The notes under the pieces: generated by a model
Databases searched by the model: none
The model's input: only the letters and a program-made list of their open reading frames with translations
What the model was told of the DNA's origin: nothing
Translations under genes and position numbers: made by a program
Assembly: GCA_045539925.1 (NCBI GenBank)
Contig: JAZQGH010000121.1
Coordinates: 8,572-72,571, forward strand
Source: Acutalibacteraceae bacterium
Lineage (GTDB): Bacteria > Bacillota > Clostridia > Oscillospirales > Acutalibacteraceae
Direction of reading: 5' to 3'
Length of the DNA stretch: 64,000 bases
Part shown: positions 45,771 to 54,470 of the stretch, piece by piece
Position numbering within the stretch: position 1 is the stretch's first letter
Layout: each line of letters starts with the position of its first letter

Positions 45771-46907
45771 TTAGAGCTGTCCTGCTCTATAGCGCTCTAT
45801 TCCGGCGAGATCCTCCGCTCTTACCGAGCTTCTTGTGTGGCTCAGCACGCTTGCAACGTCATCATTAGTGATAAGCTCGGCGCCGCCTTCACCTATGATT
45901 CGCTCAATGGCCCGATCCTTCATTCTCTCGCAGGCATTGACTATATCCGCTCCGCTGAAGCCATCCGTCTTTTCGACGATCATTTCTATATCCAGATCGG
46001 CAGCACTGGGAACCTTGGATATCACCGAGTCGATTATCGCCCGCCTTGCCGCAGCGTCGGGCAGAGGAATATGAACTGAAATGCTGAACCTTCCGGGACG
46101 GAGGAAGGCGGAATCGATATCCCAGGGACGGTTGGTGGCGGCAATTACTATCAGGGTGTTCTCACTCTCCTCGGCGTTCTGAATTCCTACCAGAAGCTCG
46201 GGGATTATTCGCTTCATTGATGAGGAGTCGGTGTCGCGCTTAGTGCCGAGAGCATCAAACTCATCGAAGAAAATTACCGACGTCTTATGCTTTGCTGCCT
46301 CATCAAAGAGCGCCTTCACGTTCTGCTCTGCCTCGCCAAACCATTTAGATAGGATGTCAGAGCATTTCACCTGAAAAAAGCTGGCGCCAAGCTCGTTTGC
46401 AATGGCGTTTGCGATCATGGTTTTGCCCGTTCCGGGAACTCCGTAGAGGAGAATTCCGGCATTTTTCTTTTTCTTGAATTTTTCATAGATCTCGGGATGC
46501 TGTCTGGGATAAATCGCAAGCCGCCTTATCTCCTCCTTCACCTCATCGAGGCCGATAACGTCATCGAAGGTTATTCGCTTTGCATCTGTGGTAGCAAATC
46601 CCGACTCCTCGCTCTCCCCTGCCTCCGACTGAGAGCTTTGCTCCTCGCTTTCCTCGTTAAGCTCGGGCGCATTTATCTCGCCGACCTTCATCTCGACAGC
46701 CTCAGCGAGGGCGATCATCTCATCGGCTCTCGAAATCATTTTAGCCCTTGCCTCGCCCCTCAGCTCCTTGGCAATGAGAATGGCGTTTTCCGCCGTGGAA
46801 TAGAAATATTTGATCGCTCTCTCGGGCTTGCCGCCGTTCAGCGAACGAATTCCGCTGTCATAGTAGGTGTTAAAAAGCTCGTATAGAAATTTCAGACTGT
46901 CACTCAT
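45771..46907 (-). CDS. Vps4-like AAA+ ATPase with N-terminal MIT-like domain
   Basis: MIT-like three-helix N-terminus (AIKYFYSTAENAILIAKELRGEARAKMISRADEMIALAEAV). Acidic linker. Walker A GVPGTGKT, Walker B VIFFDEFD, SRH ATNRPWDIDSAFLRPGRF. AGGAGG RBS. Start overlaps the stop of the upstream gene. Confidence 0.8.
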   Translation of the reverse strand: MSDSLKFLYELFNTYYDSGIRSLNGGKPERAIKYFYSTAENAILIAKELRGEARAKMISRADEMIALAEAVEMKVGEINAPELNEESEEQSSQSEAGESEESGFATTDAKRITFDDVIGLDEVKEEIRRLAIYPRQHPEIYEKFKKKKNAGILLYGVPGTGKTMIANAIANELGASFFQVKCSDILSKWFGEAEQNVKALFDEAAKHKTSVIFFDEFDALGTKRDTDSSSMKRIIPELLVGIQNAEESENTLIVIAATNRPWDIDSAFLRPGRFSISVHIPLPDAAARRAIIDSVISKVPSAADLDIEMIVEKTDGFSGADIVNACERMKDRAIERIIGEGGAELITNDDVASVLSHTRSSVRAEDLAGIERYRAGQL

Positions 46908-47491
46908 ACTCCCGCCTCCTTTATCCTGCTCCTTATGAGCTGTATTTTTGCATCCAGCGCCGCGCCGTCTGTGTCCTTGTCGCTATCACCGATCATCTGC
47001 TCAAGCTCGCTATCGAGAGCCACGTCCTCACCCGCATAGCCCAGCCGATTAAGCGAAAGATCCTCGTAAAGAGTGTTGTAAAAATCAATGGTTCGCTCCA
47101 CGCCGCCCATTGCCTCCTTGTAGTTTTTTAACAGGGTGTGGGGGTTGCCTGCGATCGAATGCTGCTTTTTCAGGGCATCCATACAGGAGCTGTAGCTCTC
47201 TACCATTCTATCCATATTATCAAGCTGTAGGGCGATCTCAAGCTGAGTAAGCATTTCGGAAACGAGCCTTGTGTTTACAAGACATACAGAAAGCCTCTTC
47301 TTAAGCGACCTGTATGCATCCTCATCGCCTCTGTCCTTCGCCTTTCTTGCCAGCGAGATGATCTTGTTTTTCTCCCTTTCAAGCTGCTCGATGGAATACT
47401 CCATCATTCCGATGGTTCGGAAAACCTGATATCGGATATTTCTCTTGTCATCCTTCGCGGGTCTCCCATCGTCTCTTGTGCTTTTAAGCAT
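46904..47491 (-). CDS. Snf7/ESCRT-III-family protein (195 aa)
   Basis: Basic N-terminal helices similar to CHMP2/Vps2 (EQLEREKNKIISLARKAKDRGDEDAYRSLKKRL versus KLETQEKKIIADIKKMAKQGQMDAVRIMAKDL). Acidic C-terminal half. Terminal amphipathic helix ALDAKIQLIRSRI in the MIM position. AAGGAGGA RBS. First gene of the operon. Confidence 0.65.
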   Translation of the reverse strand: MLKSTRDDGRPAKDDKRNIRYQVFRTIGMMEYSIEQLEREKNKIISLARKAKDRGDEDAYRSLKKRLSVCLVNTRLVSEMLTQLEIALQLDNMDRMVESYSSCMDALKKQHSIAGNPHTLLKNYKEAMGGVERTIDFYNTLYEDLSLNRLGYAGEDVALDSELEQMIGDSDKDTDGAALDAKIQLIRSRIKEAGV

Positions 47492-47783
47492 GCTTTTTTC
47501 CTCCTTGATCTGCTGATTTCCGGTCGTTGTTTTCGTTTTTTACATCCTTATTATAACACGCAAAAGCGGAACATTGTTATGTCTGCTTTCAAAAATACTT
47601 TGTTCCGTTTTAAGGGTTTTTCTTGTGTTTTTCTTTGTTTTGTGTTCCTCTAAAAAGAACAAATCAGCCATTTTGCCGAAAATTTATGAAAATTCAGCAC
47701 TTTTTAAATTATTTTGTTCCGTTTATCTTTACTTTTACGGAAAAAGATGCTATAATAAGTTCATATTTTAAAGGAGGGCTGAT
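47492..47783. promoter_or_regulatory. divergent promoter region with three copies of a GTTCCG(C/T)TT motif
   Basis: Minus-strand extended -10 TGtTATAAT (~47544-47552) for the ESCRT operon, with an inverted motif copy CGGAAC at the -35 position (~47563-47570). Direct copies TTGTTCCGTTT at ~47592 and ~47716. Plus-strand -10 TATAAT at ~47746 and RBS AAAGGAGGG for the divergent WYL gene. Confidence 0.4.
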
Positions 47784-48878
47784 ATGGGATTCTTTATTAA
47801 TGAAATAACCTATGAGCTGAAGCAGCATCTCAACCTTTCGGAGGGCGCGTGGGATGTGATCTATAACGATATGAACAGCTTCTTCGGTGAGGCGGGAAAG
47901 CAATCCTTCTCGGGCTTTCTCAACCGTGTGTTCTATAATTTCTATCAGCAGGCCGAGGGTAGCGTTAGGCTGCAGGGCGAGAGGCTGAAGGAGGAGCTTA
48001 AGGCTCTTGTTAATAGAAACGGTGAGATTTTCCGAGACGAAGAGGGCGCAGGGCAGACGGTCAGGCTGCTGGTAGATGAATATGAAAAAAGAGCCCTGAA
48101 GAAGGCTACCTCCTATCCCAAGGGAATAGGCAAAAAGTTCAGGGTGAACAGGCAGAATCTTGACGTGCTGAGAGACCTGGACTGTGCGGATATGTACGAC
48201 GACTCTATCGGCGCATATATGAAGGCGGTGTTTGAGGAATATACCACCCTTCCTCAGGCGAAGAGAGAGGCAATATTCTTCAAGGACACCATAGATGCCT
48301 GCAATTTCGCTATCTCAAAGCGCAACAAGCTGAAGATCAGCCTGAGTCAGAGGTTCTCCGCAAGGAGGCAGGAAAGCTATACCAGGCGGTTTTACGTTTC
48401 GCCATACGCGGTGGTGGTGGATAAAAACGGCTTTTTCAACTACCTTATAGGCATATCCGAGGAGATCCGCCGAGACGGTACGCTTGACGAGAAAAGGATC
48501 ACCAGCTTCCGTATTTCGAGAATCGAAAAGATCTCGATCATGAGCAGTATGAGTGGATTTTTATCAAGTCAGAAAATCGACGAAATAGAATGCGAGCTTA
48601 AGACAAAATCGCCCCAATATATGGCGGGTGAGATATCTGAGATCGAGGTGCTGTTTACAGCTAAGGGTCTGGAGCTTTTCGAGCGCCAGTTATATTTACG
48701 GCCTACCGTATACACGAAAATCGGTACAAACCGCTATTTATTCCATTGCACCGAGATGCAGGCAATACACTATTTTTTCAAGTTCGGTCGTGACGCGCAG
48801 ATAGTAAGCCCGACTCATCTGAGGGAGAGATTTATCAGCTATTACAGAGAGGCTCTGGCGGCCTACGAAAAGGAATAA
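47784..48878 (+). CDS. WYL-WCX domain protein (364 aa), divergent from the ESCRT-like operon
   Basis: WYL-like core RRFYVSPYAVVVDKNGFFNYLIGI...EKRITSFRISRIEKI. WCX-like C-terminus FKFGRDAQIVSPTHLRERF. The N-terminal 200 aa are not an obvious HTH. Confidence 0.6.
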   Translation: MGFFINEITYELKQHLNLSEGAWDVIYNDMNSFFGEAGKQSFSGFLNRVFYNFYQQAEGSVRLQGERLKEELKALVNRNGEIFRDEEGAGQTVRLLVDEYEKRALKKATSYPKGIGKKFRVNRQNLDVLRDLDCADMYDDSIGAYMKAVFEEYTTLPQAKREAIFFKDTIDACNFAISKRNKLKISLSQRFSARRQESYTRRFYVSPYAVVVDKNGFFNYLIGISEEIRRDGTLDEKRITSFRISRIEKISIMSSMSGFLSSQKIDEIECELKTKSPQYMAGEISEIEVLFTAKGLELFERQLYLRPTVYTKIGTNRYLFHCTEMQAIHYFFKFGRDAQIVSPTHLRERFISYYREALAAYEKE

Positions 48879-48885
48879 ATAAGAA

Positions 48886-48918
48886 AAAGACAGAGGTTTT
48901 TTCTCTGTCTTTTTTTAT
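48886..48918. terminator. bidirectional rho-independent terminator
   Basis: AAAGACAGAG-gtttttt-CTCTGTCTTT with an A-run upstream and a T-run downstream. Sits between convergent genes. Confidence 0.7.
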
Positions 48919-48949
48919 TAACGATTAAAAATCTGATGGTAGCATACGG

Positions 48950-49522
48950 TCAGCCAAAGAGGTAAGTATTAACCAGCTCCGAGAAGGCTATGGGTGAGCC
49001 GACCAGATTGTGATCTGCGCCGCGAATTATCTCTACGTGGGCGTGCTTTTCTACAAAGGGAACGTATGGGTATGAGGGGTCCAGACTGCCGTAAATCAAA
49101 GTAAGCGCCTCCCTGCCCAGCTTTTTTACACCCGGGAGGGTCTTGCCGTGGTAGTTTATCATAAGGGGAGCATTTATGCTGAGCATCCGCCTGATCCTCG
49201 GCTCGTTACAGCCGTGCCATATGCCGATAAGACCGCCCTTGGATACACCGACGTAGTACATCTCGAAATCATCGCTTCCAAGACATTCTTCCACCGCCCG
49301 CATATCGGCAAGGAAGGAGTCCGCCGTGTCGATAGTGGTGGCAGAAACAAACACCGAAAACCCAAGCGTCTCTCTGACCCAGATGGCAAATCCGAGATAT
49401 TTATTATCATTTCCGTATATCGATCCACCCTGCCCTGTTTTAATAAAAAGAACCTTGTTTGAACCGATAAAACAGCCAATATGTAAACTGTCTGTTTGCA
49501 TTATCCTTTCAAAATCCGTCAT
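48950..49522 (-). CDS. alpha/beta-hydrolase-like protein (190 aa)
   Basis: GVSKGG nucleophile elbow (GxSxG), downstream Asp, and HN motif near the C-terminus. Confidence 0.55.
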   Translation of the reverse strand: MTDFERIMQTDSLHIGCFIGSNKVLFIKTGQGGSIYGNDNKYLGFAIWVRETLGFSVFVSATTIDTADSFLADMRAVEECLGSDDFEMYYVGVSKGGLIGIWHGCNEPRIRRMLSINAPLMINYHGKTLPGVKKLGREALTLIYGSLDPSYPYVPFVEKHAHVEIIRGADHNLVGSPIAFSELVNTYLFG

Positions 49523-49716
49523 AACACCGCTCCATCATACCTAAAACGCAAAAAAAGATTTGAGCGAAAATCGCTACAAAAAACACAGCGCCAAGCTCGG
49601 CACGTCACGTTTACATACCATTATAACTCAAAACCAAAAATTAGTCAACCACCCCACCCCATCTTTTCAAAAGAAAAAGCACGCGCCCGAAGGCGCGTGC
49701 TGAAATGTTGGGGGGA

Positions 49717-52700
49717 TCATTCTGCGTATTCTACAGAAATAGACTTGATATACAAAGCCTTGCTACTTGTTTGAGTATACTCAAACTTTATTACACCGGA
49801 AAGATTACCTACATCAATTGAATATTCTGTTGCTGTTTTTGTAAGCGTTATTGTATTAACAAGTTTATCTCCAACATAAACTTTCAATGTGCCTTTAATA
49901 TCAGATGCTCCAGAAGTGTTAATAACTATCTTGGATACATTACTAAAGGAATCAGAGCTGAAAGTCAATTCCGTGTAAGGCTTATTACCGGAACCAAATT
50001 GCTGACCCTTAGTACCATCATATCCCCAGTATCCACCATCTCCTGCAAGTGTCCACTTAATGCCATTGAGCGTTTTCTCGCCATTAGCAGAATACTGACT
50101 TGCAGTGAATGTATAAGAATATGTTTTTTCTGTTAATTCAGGTTTGGTAGGCTCTTCTTCTCCGCAACCTTCACGATTACAAACTCCATCAACATAGTTG
50201 TGGCCAAGTGCATCAATTATTTCAGTGCTTACGGTTTCACTACAATCATTACAAGTAACTGTTACAGAGCCTGCTTCTGTACAGGTTGCATTTACGGTTG
50301 TTGTGGTTGTGTTGGTGTGCTCGCAAGTAGGTTCGCTACCAGATGTACCTGCATTATATTTATAGAAAGCTATAGTCTGATTTGCGGTATTACCTGTTGT
50401 ATTTGTATAACAACGAACATCGGGGGCGGTAGTATATACACCAAGATAACGGCTTGTGCCAGTATGCTTAAGATAACCAGAGCTTGCATCAATTGTAAAT
50501 ACTTTATTTGCGTTAGTACCTACACGAACACCGTTATTAGTAGATGTACAGTAAAGCCAAGTAGCGGTTGTGCCATTGGGGTAGATGGTCAATTCTCCGT
50601 TAGTGTAAGAGATGTTCCACTTAATATTTTCAGCAATATCACCGCTTAATTTGTCGCCTTCAACCGTTACTACTACAGCAGCGGGAGCAGCACTGGTTCC
50701 CTTGTCATTGGAAAGTGCCCACGAAGTATTATCTTTTGTCCAAACAATAACAACAACGTCAGTCGCTTTAATGTCAGCAAGATCTGTCTTTATCCATCCG
50801 GATCCTGTGGGTGTTTCGGGCTCGGTGGGTTCTGCTGCACCGCATCCTGTACATATTCCGTCAACATAATTGTGATCTATCGCAGGAATTTCTGTTATGC
50901 TTACAGTTGCACCACAATCATCACAAGTAACGATTGTAGAACCTGCTTCTGTACAGGTTGCATCCACAGTTGTTTCGGTTGTGTTCTGGTGACCTGTTGC
51001 CTTTTCGCCAATTTCCTTTTCGATGATTTTTCCACACTCACCGCACTTTTTAGCTGTATAACCAGCCTCGGTACATGTAGGAGCTACAGTATCGGTTATA
51101 ATGCTTTCGTGAGCACATACAAGAGTTGCTGAATAGATAATATCTATAGATTCAATTCCGACCTTGTTTTCAACATCAAATGTTACAGATTCTGCATTAA
51201 CATCTACCGTCTCACCGGAAACAATATGTGAACCATTCAACAACAATTTGGCTACAACATCTTTGTCTATATTTGTCTTGTAAGTGATGGTAACAGAAAT
51301 AATCTGAACATCCTCAGCGCTAATTATCAACTGAGCATTCTCGGAACCGTACAATCTCCAGTTTTCACCGTTTATATAATACTTTCCTGTATTACCACCG
51401 CCTTCAGCAGTAATATTAATTTTATCTACAACAACACTTTTATATTTAGTAGAATCGCTCCATTGCTTGCCATCAGCATATGTAGCAATAACAACTGTTG
51501 CCTTTACGCATCTGCAAATGCAAGTATTATCTACACTGAAATCATGCTCATGTGTTCCTTCAAGAGTATAGAAGCCGTTGTTTGCTACATCAACAAGACG
51601 GAAGGTAACTTCTTTGTTTTCGGCACCGGTAATTTTAAAGCTATCAACGTAGGTGGGAATCTCAAGCTTATAAATTTCTCCGCCTTCCTGAACAGGAGAA
51701 AGAGCAATAGATTCGAGAAGGTTTGTCCAAGTATCTTCGCCGTGCTTGTACCAATAATCAAGCTTAAGATTTGTCCAAGATGCGTTATTATGGATATAAA
51801 CGGTCTTTACATTCTTCTTGAATACAGTTACACCCTCGTGGGTTGCGGTACCGTACATACCTTGGTCTGCGCCGTAAAGCTGGTCGAAAGTGATTACAAC
51901 GTGGTCGTCAGCAAGTTCTTCTGCTGTCTTACCATCAATTTCGGTAACTTTAACGCCATTAATCTGAGGAATACCATATCTGATGTTGGAGAAAGCGTCG
52001 CAATACTCGCCCTTTTCAGCTCTTACCCAAGGATAATTGCTGTACCAAAGGGGATTGCCCTCTGCATCTGTCTGTTGGTCAAATCTATAATAGTTTTGAT
52101 TTACCCAATCGCCGTAGTAAACCTTAACGTTTTCGCAAGTAAGGAAGCTTGCAGTTGCGTTGCCGGAGTGTCTACCATCGGAGTAAGGCTCCTCGGTGTG
52201 GCCGATAAGCATACCGCAGCCGCGGAATGCGTACCACTGATATGCGGAGACAACGTCGTTATATACGTCCATCTCTGCGGCGGAAACAACGTTTTCCATT
52301 TTAACGGTTGCGTCGCCCCACTTACCACCGATTACACCGCCCATACCGCAGCCGAAGGATCCCCAAAGGCCGGAAACCTTAACGGTAGAGTCAATGGTGA
52401 TGTTCTTGAAGGTGTGGCTGTAACCCTTGGTGGTATCGATGCCATAAGGACCGTAGCTAACCTCACCTACAAGGCCGCCTGTGTAGCGGTTGTAGTTTGC
52501 GATATTGGAGTCGGTAACAACGATGTTCTCAAAGTGACATTCGCCCTGAGCATAGCCAACAAGAACGCCCATGTCAACACACTCGAAAACGATCTCTGCG
52601 CCGCTTATTGCAAGGTTCTTAATAGTAGCGTCCTTGATGGAAGCGAAGAGACCTGCGCCTGCGGTGCTGTAGGTGTATGTGCTGTAATTTGTCTTATCGG

Positions 52701-54111
52701 GATCGAGCTCCCAGCAATTCTCATAGAGGTTGTAGATGGTGTGATTTCCACCGTCGAAGGTACCCATGAAAACTCTGGTATTGGTTTCTGCATTATAGTA
52801 ACCAAAACCGATGGGATCGAAGGGAATTCTTGTAAGGTCGATGTCAACACCAAGCTTTACGGTCTTGCCTGCGAAGGTGTTGCCACCGTCAACAAGATCT
52901 CTGAAGCCTGCGAACTGCTTTGCAGTTGTAAGAGTGAACTCTGTGTCATTCTCATTATACCAAGTGGTATCGGACGTGCCATCCCACTTATCAGCATATG
53001 TCAGAATGCTGGAGAACACAGAGAAGTTATCTACATAGATAACGAGATCGCCTGTTGCGGGATCGTAGGTGTACTGGTTGTTGGTAGCGAAATCAGAGAC
53101 GCTGTTCACTCTGGTCATCAGAGCATCCTCGTGATAGAGCTTAAGAGAGGTGTCGCTGATGTTCTTATCGAGGATCGGGCCGAGGTAAACGGTGATCGCA
53201 ACGTTGTTGTCGTCAGCAATGCCCTCGATGTGAATATCATAGCTCTTCGCGCTGTCGCCATCGCCGAGAGTGATGTTGGCGTTATCTACCGACTTGCCGG
53301 AGAACTTAAGGCTGTCAACACCGTCAGCAAGCTTTACGCCTGCGGGAAGGAGAGCATAAACTGTGTCGCTGTATCTGATGATAAAGTCGTTTGCAAGCTC
53401 GCCGTATACGGTCGCAACGTTATCAAGGCTTGCGGTTGTCTCAAAGCCTGCTTCATCAGGCCACTTTGCATCTGCATCATAGTCATTGCCGAAGGAGTCG
53501 TTCTCAAAGCTTGCCTGAGTTGCAAGAATCTTGATATCAAAGTTTGCACCAAGGTTGAGACCCTGGTACTCGTTGCCCGCGTCCTCTCTCATATGGAGGG
53601 CGATAACGATGGGCTGACGGTGGCCGGGCTCAATAAAGTCGCCGCTCATAAGCAGACCGTCATTTTCAAGAAGCTCACGCACGGTACCCATTTTTCTCCA
53701 GGTGCCGTCCTCAAAGTCGGGACGAGAGGTGGAGTCGAAGAGGTGATCGTATGTAGAGTAAACCTCGATCACGTCTGCGAGAATAGAGGGTGTGCCATTG
53801 AGAGTAAGCTGTGCCTGCCACCTTGCGGCAAGGGTGCCGTGGTTCTCAACTGCGAGAGCTGCCCACGTGGTATAGCCGGGCTCCCACTTGTCATAATCAA
53901 AGATAGCTTCACCGCTGTTTTCTGTCCAGGTCCAACCGCCGTTGCCGTCGGGAGTTCCCTTCATAAGAGCGATGTCCAGGTTACCTGCCTGAATCACGTT
54001 ATCCGAGCTTACCGCAATGTCAGTAAACCACGCAAAGGTCGTGCTGACAAGCATCACGAAGCACAGAAGCAGTGAAATGCAGCTGGTGAATAATGATCGC
54101 TTTGTGTTCAT
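49717..54111 (-). CDS. giant secreted surface protein (1464 aa) with SipW-cognate-type signal (AWFTD), beta-helix region and Cys-pair repeats
   Basis: Start reassigned to MNTKRSLF with an AAGGAG RBS. Signal anchor ends ...STTFAWFTD (TasA/camelysin-class motif). Beta-helix-like repeats (GNHTIYNLYEN). Repeated modules TCTEAGYTAKKCGECG / TCTEAGSTIVTCDDCG / TCTEAGSVTVTCNDCS. Internal DNA repeats visible as similar antisense ORFs (50200..50649 and 50872..51132). Confidence 0.75.
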   Translation of the reverse strand: MNTKRSLFTSCISLLLCFVMLVSTTFAWFTDIAVSSDNVIQAGNLDIALMKGTPDGNGGWTWTENSGEAIFDYDKWEPGYTTWAALAVENHGTLAARWQAQLTLNGTPSILADVIEVYSTYDHLFDSTSRPDFEDGTWRKMGTVRELLENDGLLMSGDFIEPGHRQPIVIALHMREDAGNEYQGLNLGANFDIKILATQASFENDSFGNDYDADAKWPDEAGFETTASLDNVATVYGELANDFIIRYSDTVYALLPAGVKLADGVDSLKFSGKSVDNANITLGDGDSAKSYDIHIEGIADDNNVAITVYLGPILDKNISDTSLKLYHEDALMTRVNSVSDFATNNQYTYDPATGDLVIYVDNFSVFSSILTYADKWDGTSDTTWYNENDTEFTLTTAKQFAGFRDLVDGGNTFAGKTVKLGVDIDLTRIPFDPIGFGYYNAETNTRVFMGTFDGGNHTIYNLYENCWELDPDKTNYSTYTYSTAGAGLFASIKDATIKNLAISGAEIVFECVDMGVLVGYAQGECHFENIVVTDSNIANYNRYTGGLVGEVSYGPYGIDTTKGYSHTFKNITIDSTVKVSGLWGSFGCGMGGVIGGKWGDATVKMENVVSAAEMDVYNDVVSAYQWYAFRGCGMLIGHTEEPYSDGRHSGNATASFLTCENVKVYYGDWVNQNYYRFDQQTDAEGNPLWYSNYPWVRAEKGEYCDAFSNIRYGIPQINGVKVTEIDGKTAEELADDHVVITFDQLYGADQGMYGTATHEGVTVFKKNVKTVYIHNNASWTNLKLDYWYKHGEDTWTNLLESIALSPVQEGGEIYKLEIPTYVDSFKITGAENKEVTFRLVDVANNGFYTLEGTHEHDFSVDNTCICRCVKATVVIATYADGKQWSDSTKYKSVVVDKINITAEGGGNTGKYYINGENWRLYGSENAQLIISAEDVQIISVTITYKTNIDKDVVAKLLLNGSHIVSGETVDVNAESVTFDVENKVGIESIDIIYSATLVCAHESIITDTVAPTCTEAGYTAKKCGECGKIIEKEIGEKATGHQNTTETTVDATCTEAGSTIVTCDDCGATVSITEIPAIDHNYVDGICTGCGAAEPTEPETPTGSGWIKTDLADIKATDVVVIVWTKDNTSWALSNDKGTSAAPAAVVVTVEGDKLSGDIAENIKWNISYTNGELTIYPNGTTATWLYCTSTNNGVRVGTNANKVFTIDASSGYLKHTGTSRYLGVYTTAPDVRCYTNTTGNTANQTIAFYKYNAGTSGSEPTCEHTNTTTTTVNATCTEAGSVTVTCNDCSETVSTEIIDALGHNYVDGVCNREGCGEEEPTKPELTEKTYSYTFTASQYSANGEKTLNGIKWTLAGDGGYWGYDGTKGQQFGSGNKPYTELTFSSDSFSNVSKIVINTSGASDIKGTLKVYVGDKLVNTITLTKTATEYSIDVGNLSGVIKFEYTQTSSKALYIKSISVEYAE

Positions 54112-54470
54112 TACTAGATCTCCTTGTATGAATAAATTAATAAAAAGCTTCATCAAAATGCAAAAAATCCCGTCACAAATAAATGTAAAAGGGGATTTTC
54201 TTAAAAATAACTATAATACTAATTAAGTATAACACAAAATATTGTATAAATCAAGTATTATTTAACTAAATATGTAAATATATGTAAAATATATAAAAAG
54301 CCCCGACTTGAATGAGCCGGGGCCGGATGTTTTAGAATATATTTATTAAGCATAGCCGCGAAATCTGCAATTTCACCAGGCCAATTACCGTGACTCCACA
54401 TCGACTACGGGACCTTCGTTGCTTCATCTGTTGCAAGCTCGTAAGCAAGGCCGGTTATCAAAAGCTTTTC

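Noticed and set aside
51463-54075. 870-aa plus-strand ORF
   Set aside because: It is antisense to the 1464-aa surface-protein gene. The translation is Cys/Val/Gly-rich low-complexity with no RBS. This is a typical open antisense frame of a GC3-biased gene.
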